Shown here: positions 36,314-45,815 of the stretch, piece after piece
How positions within the stretch are numbered: position 1 is the stretch's first letter
Layout: each line of letters begins with the position of its first letter
Assembly: GCA_001781105.1 (NCBI GenBank)
Contig: MFKV01000002.1
Coordinates: 1-48,770 of the forward strand
Source of the DNA: Candidatus Kaiserbacteria bacterium RIFCSPHIGHO2_01_FULL_54_36
Lineage (GTDB): Bacteria; Patescibacteriota; Minisyncoccia; Phycocordibacterales; UBA2100
Reading direction: 5' to 3'
Length of the DNA: 48,770 nt
The notes under the pieces: generated by a model
Database searches by the model: none
What the model was told of the DNA's origin: nothing
The model's input: only the letters and a program-made list of their open reading frames with translations
Position numbers and translations under genes: made by a program

Positions 36314-36994
36314 CTAGCTTCTAGAGAGGATAACAACAAATTCCCCGCGGACAGCCTTTTTTGCCTGCAGCTGGCGCGAAAGCTCCGCCGGCGACCCGAC
36401 GAGGACCTCTTCATGAATCTTGGTGAGTTCTCGCGCGATCGTTACGCGCGATTTTGGCGCCGCGGCGTCTAATTCTTTTAGTAATTTGAGGATCCGGTGC
36501 GGGGATTCGTAAAGAACGACAGGGTATTCTGATGCTGCGATCTTCTTAATGGCCGTTTGCCGGCCTTTTTTGTGCGGCAAGAAGCCCAAGAACAAGAACT
36601 CATCGGATTGGAGCCCTGCAATCGATAGCGCGGCGGTGAGAGCCGAAGGTCCGGGTATGGCCTCTATCTTTGCCTCCGGGAGTGCTTCGCGGACAGCGGC
36701 GACGAGTCGCGCACCAGGGTCGGAGATTCCGGGCGTACCCGCATCCGTCACATACACGACGTGCTCTCCTTTTTCGAGCCGTTCTATGACCTCGTTCCCT
36801 TTTTTCCCTTCCGTCGCCGCATCGAGGCGGAATACCGACTTGCGGAGTCCGTAGTGATTGAGAAGCTTCAAAATGACTCTCGTATCTTCTGCATAGACGA
36901 CCGTACACTCTTTGAGGTTCCATAGCCCCCGAAAGGTAATATCCCCCAAATTACCTATGGGAGTCGCTACTATAGAGAGCTTCCCGGCTGCCAT
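36314..36994 (-). CDS. rsmI: 16S rRNA (cytidine1402-2'-O)-methyltransferase
   Basis: Motifs VATPIGNLGDIT, AEDTR, DAGTPGISDPG, YESPHR, ARELTKIHEE, RGEFV. Confidence 0.95.
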   Translation of the reverse strand: MAAGKLSIVATPIGNLGDITFRGLWNLKECTVVYAEDTRVILKLLNHYGLRKSVFRLDAATEGKKGNEVIERLEKGEHVVYVTDAGTPGISDPGARLVAAVREALPEAKIEAIPGPSALTAALSIAGLQSDEFLFLGFLPHKKGRQTAIKKIAASEYPVVLYESPHRILKLLKELDAAAPKSRVTIARELTKIHEEVLVGSPAELSRQLQAKKAVRGEFVVILSRS

Positions 36995-37018
36995 GCCGAG
37001 ACGCTACCACCAATATCT

Positions 37019-38293
37019 TTAGTCCGCTATCTGTTCGGCAACTTTGTAAATATCGCCCGCGCCCATGGTGATGATGAGGGTATTATCACCTTCTTCGAGA
37101 AGCCGGTTGCGGATGATGTCGAACGAGTCGAGCGCATCCACAGTGCCTCCCATGTTTTGTGCAGCGTTCGCAAGGATGTGATGCGAGACGGATGGATCGG
37201 GCGTTTCGCGCGCCGCGTAGATTGGGGCGACGTAGGCAATATCGGCCTTTGTGAGCGCCGCGGCGAATTCAAGCAGGAGCGACTTGGTACGGCTATAGAG
37301 GTGCGGATGGAAAGCCACGACTATTTTCTTGTCGGGATATTTTTCGCGCGCCGCATCGATGGTTTTGGCGATTGCGGTCGGGTGGTGCGCGTAATCATCG
37401 AAAACCACTGCGCCCGTGGGCGTCTCACCTTTGTATTCGAAACGGCGCCACGAGCCTTGGAAGCCAGTAAGCGCTTGGTCGGCATCGGCGCCCGCGATAT
37501 CTGGAAATGCAGTGAGTGCCGCGGCTTTGGCCGCGCGCGCGTTCATACGGTTGAATTCCCCTATTTGCGAAAGTGAGGGCACATCGAGGTGCGTGTAGTC
37601 TACGATCTTTGCAAATACGTTTTCAAGAATGGGCGCAATATTCGGGTCATTGGGGTTGGTAATGATAAAGCCGTGAGAAGATACTTTTTCCGCTGCTGCG
37701 CGAAAGGTGTTTTGCAACGCCGCAAGATCAGGAAAGTAGTCCGTGTGATCGAGCTCAAGATTGGTGATGACGAGGATCTCCGGGGAGAGCTTCAGCACAT
37801 GGTCCCGATACTCGCATGCTTCGACCACAAAGAGATCGGGGCGGCCTGGTAGAAAATTGGAGCCGAAATCGCGGACGATCGAGCCGATGATAGCCGTGGG
37901 CTCTTTTCTGGTCTGTGCGAGTATAAGCGCAAGCATGCCCGTCGTCGTCGTCTTGCCATGCGTACCTGCTACAGCGATGGTGCGGGCGTCGGCAGAAATC
38001 ACTCCGAGCGCTTCGAAATACGACGTCTGTGGGATCCCCATTTCTTTCGCACGCACCCGCTCTTCATTAATCTCCGGCACGGCATCGGAATAAATGAGGA
38101 GTTCGGTATCATCAGGTATGCTTCCGTGGCCGACACTGACCGCAATCCCCTTTTGCACGAGCATGGTGACGACGGGCGATTCATCTCTATCCGAGCCATG
38201 CACCGAGTGCCCTGTGTGCTTCAAATACTGCGCAAGCGCCGACATCCCAATGCCTCCGATGCCGACCATGTAAATATTTTGAGGCATCTTCAT
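37019..38293 (-). CDS. murC: UDP-N-acetylmuramate--L-alanine ligase
   Basis: Motifs GIGGIGMSALA, AGTHGKTTT, EACEY, DDYAHHPT, FHPHLYSRT, MGAGD. Confidence 0.95.
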   Translation of the reverse strand: MKMPQNIYMVGIGGIGMSALAQYLKHTGHSVHGSDRDESPVVTMLVQKGIAVSVGHGSIPDDTELLIYSDAVPEINEERVRAKEMGIPQTSYFEALGVISADARTIAVAGTHGKTTTTGMLALILAQTRKEPTAIIGSIVRDFGSNFLPGRPDLFVVEACEYRDHVLKLSPEILVITNLELDHTDYFPDLAALQNTFRAAAEKVSSHGFIITNPNDPNIAPILENVFAKIVDYTHLDVPSLSQIGEFNRMNARAAKAAALTAFPDIAGADADQALTGFQGSWRRFEYKGETPTGAVVFDDYAHHPTAIAKTIDAAREKYPDKKIVVAFHPHLYSRTKSLLLEFAAALTKADIAYVAPIYAARETPDPSVSHHILANAAQNMGGTVDALDSFDIIRNRLLEEGDNTLIITMGAGDIYKVAEQIAD

Positions 38294-38347
38294 AATCGCA
38301 GTATACATCTCCTATCGGTACAACTCGAAACGGGCTACAATGGAAGT

Positions 38348-38605
38348 ATGCAGAAGACCGAGAAGAAGCCGAGATTCGATTTTGAAGAACTGAAAGCGGC
38401 TGCGACAAGCGTGAACGCGAAGATCCGCAAGAACGTTTTCGTAGAATACTTCGAGCGCTTCGAAGAATTCCCGTCATACCTCTTCGACAACACCAACGGC
38501 GTTGATGAGCGGCTCGCCGAAACCATCCGTGACCTCCAGAACGATCCGGAAACGAGTAAGACGATGCACAAGGGCCTCCAAGCGCTCGTACTCCGGCTCT
38601 CGTAG
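38348..38605 (+). CDS. Hypothetical protein (85 aa)
   Basis: TACAAT 6 nt before ATG 38348. Fills the gap between murC and murD; MQKTEKKPRFDFEEL... Confidence 0.7.
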   Translation: MQKTEKKPRFDFEELKAAATSVNAKIRKNVFVEYFERFEEFPSYLFDNTNGVDERLAETIRDLQNDPETSKTMHKGLQALVLRLS

Positions 38606-38614
38606 GTATCGCCC

Positions 38615-39937
38615 CTATTGAAATCCGTGCACGAGCCTCAAGAATTGGTCATTGCGTTCGTACTCGTTCTTGAACATTCCGAATGAGGCGAATGCGGGAG
38701 AAAAAAGTATCGCGCCTTTTTGCGTGTGCGATAGCGCTGATTCAATAGCGGTTTCCAAATTACCCGCTTCTTCAAACGCAACATTTTCTTTTTTCAAAAT
38801 GTCTGCAAGCCGCTCTGAGCCTTTGTAGTTTCCCTGCACAAGCAGAATAACGTGCGAGGCTTTTTCCTTTATTTCTTCAACAAGACCCTCAAGTGCCAAT
38901 CCTTTTTCAGAGCCTCCCACAATGAGCGTCGTGTTTTTGCCTACTGCGCGCAGCGCCGCGATAGTCGCTTCAGGAGTTGTTGCGTTGTTGTCATTGTAGA
39001 TCCTGATTCCGTTAATTTCTCGCACGAATTGTAGTCGGCCTTCGACTGGCTCAAATGATTCGAGGCCCGCACGAATTTCTTGCTCTTCTAAACCAAGTGC
39101 GGCGAGTGCCGCGGCGGCGAACGATGCGTTCTCGCGATTATGTTCTCCTATTACTTGTAATTTCCACTTAGAGGAGATTAATTCCGGGACGATCGGGTCG
39201 AGTGGTGGCTGTGTAGCACGAATGCGCTCCGCGACGGATGCTCCCGCGATAAGAACGTCTGTCGGTTGCTGATATCGGAAAATATTCGCCTTGTCGGAGA
39301 AATATTCCTCCATGTCTTTATAGTAGTTCTGATGATCGGGCATGAGATTAGTAAAGACCGCAATGTGCGGGCTCATTTTTAGATCCCCAAACCCTTGTAG
39401 TTGCCAGGAATCAAGCTCGAGGATTGCGACGTCTCCTGAATGCACATTGGGGAGCATCGCAAGAGTCGAGAGGCCGCGGATATTGCCGCCCAAAAACGCC
39501 GGCTTTTTGGCCTTTTTTAGGACGTGGGAAATCATGTGCGCAACGGTCGTCTTGCCGCGCGTGCCAGTGACGCCGACGATTTTTGCTCCTGCCTCGCTCG
39601 CATATTTTGCAAAAAGTGCCGTGGACATCACCACTTCTACACCAGCCGCACGCGCGGCAGCGATTTCAGGTGAATTGAGCGGTACGCTCGCCGCTTTGAT
39701 GACCATGTCGCAACTCGTAAAGTCTTTCAGGTCATGCCCACCGAGATGAAATGTGATGTTTGGGTATTCTTTCAGAGCAGTCACTGCTTCCCGGAGCTCC
39801 GTTTCAGTTTTTTTATCAGTAACAAGAACCTCTGCGCCGCATGTAGCAAGGAACCTCGCATCCCCTACGCCACGGCCGAGCAGTCCCACGCCCATGACCG
39901 TGATGCGCTTATCCTTGAATAGGTTCGTGCAGTCCAT
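38615..39937 (-). CDS. murD: UDP-N-acetylmuramoyl-L-alanine--D-glutamate ligase
   Basis: Motifs MGVGLLGRG, GVTGTRGKTT, LELDSWQL, NLMPDH, YNDNNAT, LFSPAFASFGMF. Confidence 0.95.
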   Translation of the reverse strand: MDCTNLFKDKRITVMGVGLLGRGVGDARFLATCGAEVLVTDKKTETELREAVTALKEYPNITFHLGGHDLKDFTSCDMVIKAASVPLNSPEIAAARAAGVEVVMSTALFAKYASEAGAKIVGVTGTRGKTTVAHMISHVLKKAKKPAFLGGNIRGLSTLAMLPNVHSGDVAILELDSWQLQGFGDLKMSPHIAVFTNLMPDHQNYYKDMEEYFSDKANIFRYQQPTDVLIAGASVAERIRATQPPLDPIVPELISSKWKLQVIGEHNRENASFAAAALAALGLEEQEIRAGLESFEPVEGRLQFVREINGIRIYNDNNATTPEATIAALRAVGKNTTLIVGGSEKGLALEGLVEEIKEKASHVILLVQGNYKGSERLADILKKENVAFEEAGNLETAIESALSHTQKGAILFSPAFASFGMFKNEYERNDQFLRLVHGFQ

Positions 39938-39944
39938 ATCGCCA

Positions 39945-40739
39945 CTATAGTAAATCCACGTGCTCTGCGCGAATAGGGCTCTCGAAAAAAATACTGCCCA
40001 GCTTTTCGAACCGCTCAATGTCACCCGTTGAAAAGAATCTTACTGACGGTTCCTTGGTAATTTTTGATTCGATATCCGGATGCCGCGCAAGGTAGTCTTT
40101 GAGACTGCTCGCAACGACGTCCCGTTCGGTAATAATCTCGATCTTTGGTCCGACGACTTCTTGTATCTTTCTTTCTAAGAGCCCGTAATGCGTGCATCCC
40201 AAGACAAGCGTGTCTATCTTTTGCGCAAGAAGCGGTCGCAAATATTCCTCTAGAAGCCTCTCTGCCTGTGCCGAATCTTGTTCACCTGCTTCTACTAAAG
40301 GCACGAGAAGCGGGCAGGCTTGCTGAACTACCTCGATTTCGGGGTCCACCTTGGTAATTTCTCGCGGAAAGGAGCCGGAGCGTACCGTGCCCTCGGTCGC
40401 GATCACACCCACCCGTTTTGTTTTTGTGGCCCTGGCCGTTGCTTCCGCGAAAGGAATGAGTACGCCGAGTACCTTTTTTGCCTCACCATATTGTGTCTGG
40501 ATTTTTCTTAGTGCTTCACTCGATGCGGTGTTGCATGCGAGCACTACCAGCTGCGCGCCGTGCTCAAAAAGAAAATCCACCCCTTGTTTGGTGAACGCAT
40601 GCACTTCATCGAATGGACGGGGGCCATAGGGCGCACGAGCACTGTCGCCAAGGTATATATAGCCATATTGCGGAAGGCGTGTCGTAACACTTTTGAGTAC
40701 GTGGAGACCACCAAAGCCTGAATCGAAGACTCCTATCAT
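39945..40739 (-). CDS. murI: Glutamate racemase
   Basis: Motifs IGVFDSGFGG, LACNTAS, LGCTHY. Confidence 0.96.
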   Translation of the reverse strand: MIGVFDSGFGGLHVLKSVTTRLPQYGYIYLGDSARAPYGPRPFDEVHAFTKQGVDFLFEHGAQLVVLACNTASSEALRKIQTQYGEAKKVLGVLIPFAEATARATKTKRVGVIATEGTVRSGSFPREITKVDPEIEVVQQACPLLVPLVEAGEQDSAQAERLLEEYLRPLLAQKIDTLVLGCTHYGLLERKIQEVVGPKIEIITERDVVASSLKDYLARHPDIESKITKEPSVRFFSTGDIERFEKLGSIFFESPIRAEHVDLL

Positions 40740-41028
40740 GCCACGTACTATAGCCCAAAAATGCGTCCCACCATGAATGCTCTCCAAAGTCCTTCAGAAA
40801 CCGCGTTATCCCCAGTAAAAAATTCGTTGTCGGAGAATACCAATATGCGATACTGATAGGCCGCCTCAGGAAACCTCTCTTATGACCCAGCAGTGAAATA
40901 TGCCTTCGGCTCAAACAACGTATGAAAACAAACAACGAACTATTCCAAAGTGCACAAAGCAAAGCTTCCCTTAGCAGCCGCGGCAGCCGGCAGGCGTCTG
41001 CCGCAAAGGCACATTCTACTGACTGGGT

Positions 41029-43659
41029 ATGACACTCACAATCACAAAACGCGATGGGCAAAAAGAAGCCTTCAACGCCGATAAGATCAACCGCTCGATC
41101 GAGCGCGCATGTGAAGGACTCCTGGATCCGATCGGGATGACGACGCAGATCGCGACCGAAACGAAGCTCACGCTCTACGACGGCATCACAACCGAAGAAA
41201 TGGACTCGGCGACCATCAACGCCGCGGTCCAAAACATCAAAGAAGATATCGAGTACGACAAAGTCGCGGTGCGATTGCTTTTGAAGACCGTGTATCGCCG
41301 TGTTGTAGGAGAATACAATCACGATGCCTCGGAATTGGAGGTAAAACATCGCGCGCAGTTCCCAGAGCACATCAAACAGCAGGTCGCCACAGGACTTTTG
41401 GACGAAAAGATGGAGAAGCTCTTCGATCTCGAGAAGCTTGCCTCTACCTTAAAGATCGAGCGTGATGAGATATTCACCTACGCGGGCCTCTCGTCCCTAC
41501 TGGATCGCTACTCGATGCGCGATGAAAATCAGAAGCGCATCGAATCGCCGCAATACTTTTTCATGCGTATTGCGATGGGCCTCTCGTACAACGAAAAGAA
41601 CCCGACCGAGGCTGCGATGAAATTTTATGATCGCATGTCGCGCCACCTCTACATCGCCGGCGGCTCGACGAACATCGGCGCGGGCACTTCTCGCCCTGCG
41701 CTTTCAAATTGCTTTCTCTTGGAAGTGCACGACGACATGGATCACATCGCGAAGTCCGTTGCTGATGTGATGAAAATTTCCAAAGCCTCAGGTGGCATCG
41801 GCGTCTCGATAACAAAGCTCCGCGCAGCTGGCTCGCCGCTGAAGAGTTCCAACACCGTCTCAAGTGGCCCGACACCGTTTGCAAAAATAATGGACACCGC
41901 CATCCGCGCCGTGCAGCGCGGCGGCAAAAAGCTCGGCGCGCTCTGTTTCTACATGGAAAATTGGCACTACGATTTCCCAGAATTCATCGACTGGAAGCAC
42001 AACGCCGGCGACGACTATTTACGCATGCGCACTGCCAACACCGCGGTCTTTATCTCCGACGAGTTCATGCGCCGCGTGGAGAAGGGCGAGGATTGGTACA
42101 TGTTCGATCCCAAGGAAGCTCCCGATTTGAACGAGCTGTATGGCCAAGCATTCAGCAAGCGCTACGGCGAATACGTGGAGATGGCGAAAGCCGGGAAGAT
42201 GAGGCTGGTGAAGCGGGTTCCGGCGACCGAGCAGTGGTCCCACATCCTGACCTCGCTCCAATCCACCTCGCACCCGTGGCTCACATGGAAAGATCCCATC
42301 AACCTGCGCGCGCTCAACAACAACACCGGCACCATCCATATGTCGAATCTCTGTACCGAGATCTGCCTTCCGCAAGACAAAGACAACATCGCCGTGTGCA
42401 ACCTCGCATCGCTTAACCTCGCGGCACACATCGAGCACAAGCAGATCAATTGGAAAGAACTCGAGGTAAGCGTGCGACTCGCGGTACGCCAGCTCGACAA
42501 TCTCATTGATATCAACGTCCTCCCTATCGCAGAGGCCACTCGCTCCGATCATGAGAACCGCGCGATCGGTCTTGGCGTTATGGGATTTGCCGATGCGCTC
42601 GAGCAACTCTCGATGTCATATGAGAGCCCGCACGCGTGGGATTTTGCGGATCGCGTATTCGAATTCGTTAGCTACATGGCGATCGATGAGAGCACTGAGC
42701 TAGCCCGTGAGCGCGGCTCGTACAACAATTTCCAGGGCTCCGGATGGTCCAAAGGAATGGTGCCGCTCGACACTATTGAAGCAGTGGAGAAAGATCGCGG
42801 CACAACGATCGACCTCCCCAAGATCACCAAGCAGAAACGCCTTGATTGGGACAAGCTGCGTGCAAAGGTAAAGCAAGGCATGCGCAACGCCACACTCATG
42901 GCGGTAGCACCCAACGCCAACATTGGGCTCGTCGCGGGCACAACTCCCGGTATTGACCCACGCTTTGCGCAAGTATTCTCGCGCAACAAAATTTCCGGTA
43001 AATACCTCGATCTCAACCACAACCTCGTGAAGGACTTGAAGAACATGGGAGTCTGGGATGAAGTGAAGGAACAGATCATCGAAGACCAGGGCGATATTTC
43101 GAAAGTTGAGAATCTCCCCGCATACCTCAAAGAGATCTACAAGACCGCATTCACGACCAATGCATACGCCTACATCGAAGTGGCCGCACGCGCGCAGAAA
43201 TGGGTAGACCAGGCGCTCTCGCGCAACATGTACCTCGAAAGCCGCGATATGGACGACATGAAGAACGTCTACATGACCGCATGGCGCAAGGGCCTCAAGA
43301 CCACCTACTACCTGCACATGAAGCCGCGTCACACGGCCGAGCAGTCCACCACGACCGTCAATAAGGCAGAAATGACCGGCAAACGAGGCTTTGGGGCCAT
43401 CAAAATGGCCGCCGCCGGCGTGCCAGCCAATGCCGTCGCCTCTCCTGTATCTGTAGATATGCCGTCGCCCGTCAAAGCCGAAGCTGAAGTTGTCGCGGTT
43501 TCCATGCCTCAAAAGACAGTGGCTGCAATCCAAGAGATTGAGCAGCCCGTGAGTGAGGCTCCTGCGCCAACGGTCGGCACCGCGTTCAAGCAGAAAAAAG
43601 AGATTTCCGGCCCCGAGGACCCTGCTGATTCGCCCAACGTTTGTATTGCATGCCAATAG
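41029..43659 (+). CDS. nrdA: Ribonucleoside-diphosphate reductase class I alpha subunit
   Basis: ATP cone (ITKRDG), LSNCFL, SNLCTEI, VCNLASLN, APNANI, KTTYY, and C-terminal CIAC after a long Ala/Pro/Glu linker. Confidence 0.96.
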   Translation: MTLTITKRDGQKEAFNADKINRSIERACEGLLDPIGMTTQIATETKLTLYDGITTEEMDSATINAAVQNIKEDIEYDKVAVRLLLKTVYRRVVGEYNHDASELEVKHRAQFPEHIKQQVATGLLDEKMEKLFDLEKLASTLKIERDEIFTYAGLSSLLDRYSMRDENQKRIESPQYFFMRIAMGLSYNEKNPTEAAMKFYDRMSRHLYIAGGSTNIGAGTSRPALSNCFLLEVHDDMDHIAKSVADVMKISKASGGIGVSITKLRAAGSPLKSSNTVSSGPTPFAKIMDTAIRAVQRGGKKLGALCFYMENWHYDFPEFIDWKHNAGDDYLRMRTANTAVFISDEFMRRVEKGEDWYMFDPKEAPDLNELYGQAFSKRYGEYVEMAKAGKMRLVKRVPATEQWSHILTSLQSTSHPWLTWKDPINLRALNNNTGTIHMSNLCTEICLPQDKDNIAVCNLASLNLAAHIEHKQINWKELEVSVRLAVRQLDNLIDINVLPIAEATRSDHENRAIGLGVMGFADALEQLSMSYESPHAWDFADRVFEFVSYMAIDESTELARERGSYNNFQGSGWSKGMVPLDTIEAVEKDRGTTIDLPKITKQKRLDWDKLRAKVKQGMRNATLMAVAPNANIGLVAGTTPGIDPRFAQVFSRNKISGKYLDLNHNLVKDLKNMGVWDEVKEQIIEDQGDISKVENLPAYLKEIYKTAFTTNAYAYIEVAARAQKWVDQALSRNMYLESRDMDDMKNVYMTAWRKGLKTTYYLHMKPRHTAEQSTTTVNKAEMTGKRGFGAIKMAAAGVPANAVASPVSVDMPSPVKAEAEVVAVSMPQKTVAAIQEIEQPVSEAPAPTVGTAFKQKKEISGPEDPADSPNVCIACQ

Positions 43660-43683
43660 CTGTATAGTTGGCTCTCATAATAT

Positions 43684-44682
43684 ATGCTCGTCGGCAAAGC
43701 TTCACCAGAAGACTATAATTTGCACCCCTCACAATACCCGTGGGCTATCGAGCTGTATAACCAAGCGGTGCGCAATACCTGGTTCCCGCACGAGATCGCG
43801 CTCAAAGAAGATCTCGATGATTGGGCGAAGATGACGGAAGACGAGCGGCACGCCGTTGAATTCCTTGTCGCCTTTTTCAATCCTGCCGAACTCGTCGTGA
43901 ACCGCTCACTCGCGCTCGGCGTCTACCCACACCTCAAATCGGCTGAATGCCATCTCTACCTCGCCAAACAAATGTGGGAGGAAGCGAACCACTGTGTCGC
44001 GTTCGAATACGTATTGCAGACCTTCCCTCTTGACCGCGAGAAAGTCTTCAAATTGCACGAGCAGGTGCCCTCGATGAAAGACAAGGAAGCGTTCATCAAT
44101 AAATACATGATCCGCATGACTGAAGATGAGCTCGACGTCTCGACGATCGAAGGCAAGCGCGATTTCATCCGCAATCTCGTCGCGACAAATATCGTCATGG
44201 AGGGCGTGTGGTTCTATTCGGGCTTTATGGTCGCGCTCAGCTTCCGCCAAAGGAACCAGCTGCGTAATGTCGGCTCGCTTGTGAATTGGGTCTTGCGCGA
44301 TGAATCGCTCCACCTCAAATTTGGCATCAATCTCATTCACGGCATCCTCGAAGAGAATCCCGACATGATCACGCCTGAGTTCGCCGACGAGATCCGCAAG
44401 ATAGTCATCGAGGGCGTGGACCTGGAGACGACTTTCAACAAAGACCTCTTCCCGCGCGGAATCTTAGGCCTCAACGCCGATTACGTGAATCAATATGTCC
44501 AATATGTTGCTGATAGACGTCTCGTCGAGCTAGGCCTCGAAAAGCACTACAACGCGACCAATCCCGCCAAATGGATGTCTACCGCGACCGACGTCTTCGA
44601 GCTGGTCAATTTCTTTGAGGCACAAAATACTAACTACGAAGTAGACTCAGGCGGCGACAAAAAGAAAGACAAAGCCGCCTAG
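43684..44682 (+). CDS. nrdB: Ribonucleotide reductase beta subunit, class Ic-type (R2c)
   Basis: Ferritin-like ligands E69, E100, H103, E173, E207, H210; Phe107 at the radical-Tyr position; C-terminal NFFE...Y. Confidence 0.93.
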   Translation: MLVGKASPEDYNLHPSQYPWAIELYNQAVRNTWFPHEIALKEDLDDWAKMTEDERHAVEFLVAFFNPAELVVNRSLALGVYPHLKSAECHLYLAKQMWEEANHCVAFEYVLQTFPLDREKVFKLHEQVPSMKDKEAFINKYMIRMTEDELDVSTIEGKRDFIRNLVATNIVMEGVWFYSGFMVALSFRQRNQLRNVGSLVNWVLRDESLHLKFGINLIHGILEENPDMITPEFADEIRKIVIEGVDLETTFNKDLFPRGILGLNADYVNQYVQYVADRRLVELGLEKHYNATNPAKWMSTATDVFELVNFFEAQNTNYEVDSGGDKKKDKAA

Positions 44683-45368
44683 CGCTTGCGCTTGAATAGA
44701 GGCGCATACATATCGTCTTTGGGTGAAATGAGTAGTTCTTTTTTGTTGACGCGCTTGGTGAATTCGACTGGTGCGCCTTCGATTATGCAAAGTGGCTGGC
44801 GCTCGCTTCCTTCACCCATTGCCAGCACTGCGGCCGTCGCAAGGGAATCAGCGATATTGGTCTGCGTGAATTTGAGTATGCGCCCAAAGATATCTCTTTT
44901 GCCACGATAATCCCGTAAACCCTTGAATCCTGCGTAGCCAAGTGCCACGCCCACGACCCCCGCTCGAAGCGGTAATACACGACTGTCGGTAATGATAACC
45001 CCCAATTTTGTTATTCTAGTATTTTGCAAAATACTAGAACGTATTCTTTGAGAGACTTTGAAAGAATCTCTCGGCAATAGAATGAGTTTTCCGTCTGCGT
45101 TCGATTCATCGACTCCCGCATTCGCCAATATCATCCCTGCTTTCTCCGTGAGCCACACGTGTTTTGTCTTCTTCGCCCACGTGCTTTCCCTTCGAATAAC
45201 TTTTTCTTTATCTTTGACGCTTGCGACTCTCCCCTCTGCAAGCGCGACTACCTTTGACGTTACCGCAAGGATCGAGCCGTTTTCCAGTTTCGGAATATAT
45301 TTCTCAACAAACGCAATCAGATCATCGCCTTGTTTAAAAATTCGCGTCTTGACGGGACGTACCTGCAT
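44679..45368 (-). CDS. CofE-like (coenzyme F420:glutamate ligase family) protein
   Basis: Motifs AVTSKVVALAEG, NAGVDESN, IITDS...PLRAG, DYRG..DIFGR, MGEG.E.QP. Confidence 0.85.
   Translation of the reverse strand: MQVRPVKTRIFKQGDDLIAFVEKYIPKLENGSILAVTSKVVALAEGRVASVKDKEKVIRRESTWAKKTKHVWLTEKAGMILANAGVDESNADGKLILLPRDSFKVSQRIRSSILQNTRITKLGVIITDSRVLPLRAGVVGVALGYAGFKGLRDYRGKRDIFGRILKFTQTNIADSLATAAVLAMGEGSERQPLCIIEGAPVEFTKRVNKKELLISPKDDMYAPLFKRKR
45014..45039. repeat. Perfect 26-bp AT-rich palindrome (family C) inside the CofE-like gene
   Basis: TTCTAGTATTTTG|CAAAATACTAGAA. A half-site with 14/15 identity (TGCAGAATACTAGAA) lies at 20252-20266. Confidence 0.75.
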
Positions 45369-45392
45369 AGCATCCCGCTCCTTCCAATACGA

Positions 45393-45647
45393 TTAGTCAG
45401 CCAGAAAGACAGCTGAACCCTCTTTTGCGCGTTGCGAGAGCTTGATCGCTGCGTCATCTCCCTTCTTGGCAGAAGCGACATCGGTGCGATCAATCTGAAG
45501 GGAGGCGACGGTATCCTCAAATTCCTCATCGCCTCTCTTGACTTTGATACTGTCTCCCTTTGAGAGCTTGCCCGAGAGCTTCACGACCGCAACGCCGAGC
45601 TTGTCATACCAGTGTGTAACGGTACCGACCTGCTTTTCCTCTCCCAT
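45393..45647 (-). CDS. Small beta-barrel protein (EF-Tu domain II / peptidase U32 C-terminal-like)
   Basis: MGEEKQVGTVTHWYDKLGVAVVKL...GDSIK...SLQID...AKKGDDAAIK. The ORF-track extension upstream runs through the tRNA and is rejected. Confidence 0.8.
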   Translation of the reverse strand: MGEEKQVGTVTHWYDKLGVAVVKLSGKLSKGDSIKVKRGDEEFEDTVASLQIDRTDVASAKKGDDAAIKLSQRAKEGSAVFLAD

Positions 45648-45731
45648 ACAAATAGCGTCTTTAGTGTTGATAGAAATACCACCGACCGCCTTTATACTAC
45701 GCCGCTCCAAAGAACCCGCAAGTGCCGTTTT

Positions 45732-45815
45732 TGCCGCGGGGGAGACTTGAACTCCCAACCCCTTGCGAGGACTAGCTTCTGAAGCTAGCGTGTTTGCCAA
45801 TTTCACCACCGCGGC
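45732..45815 (-). tRNA. tRNA-Leu(CAG), CCA not encoded
   Basis: GCCGCGG/CCGCGGC acceptor stem, D-loop AAATTGGCA, anticodon arm CTAGC-TTCAGAA-GCTAG, long variable arm, T-arm GGGAG-TTCAAGT-CTCCC, discriminator A. Confidence 0.95.

Noticed and set aside
40790-41028. NrdR boxes or a cobalamin riboswitch upstream of nrdA
   Set aside because: No convincing match to the NrdR palindrome or the B12-box consensus by eye.
45648-45809. ORF-track extension MVKLANTLASEAS...
   Set aside because: This is the tRNA-Leu sequence read as codons.
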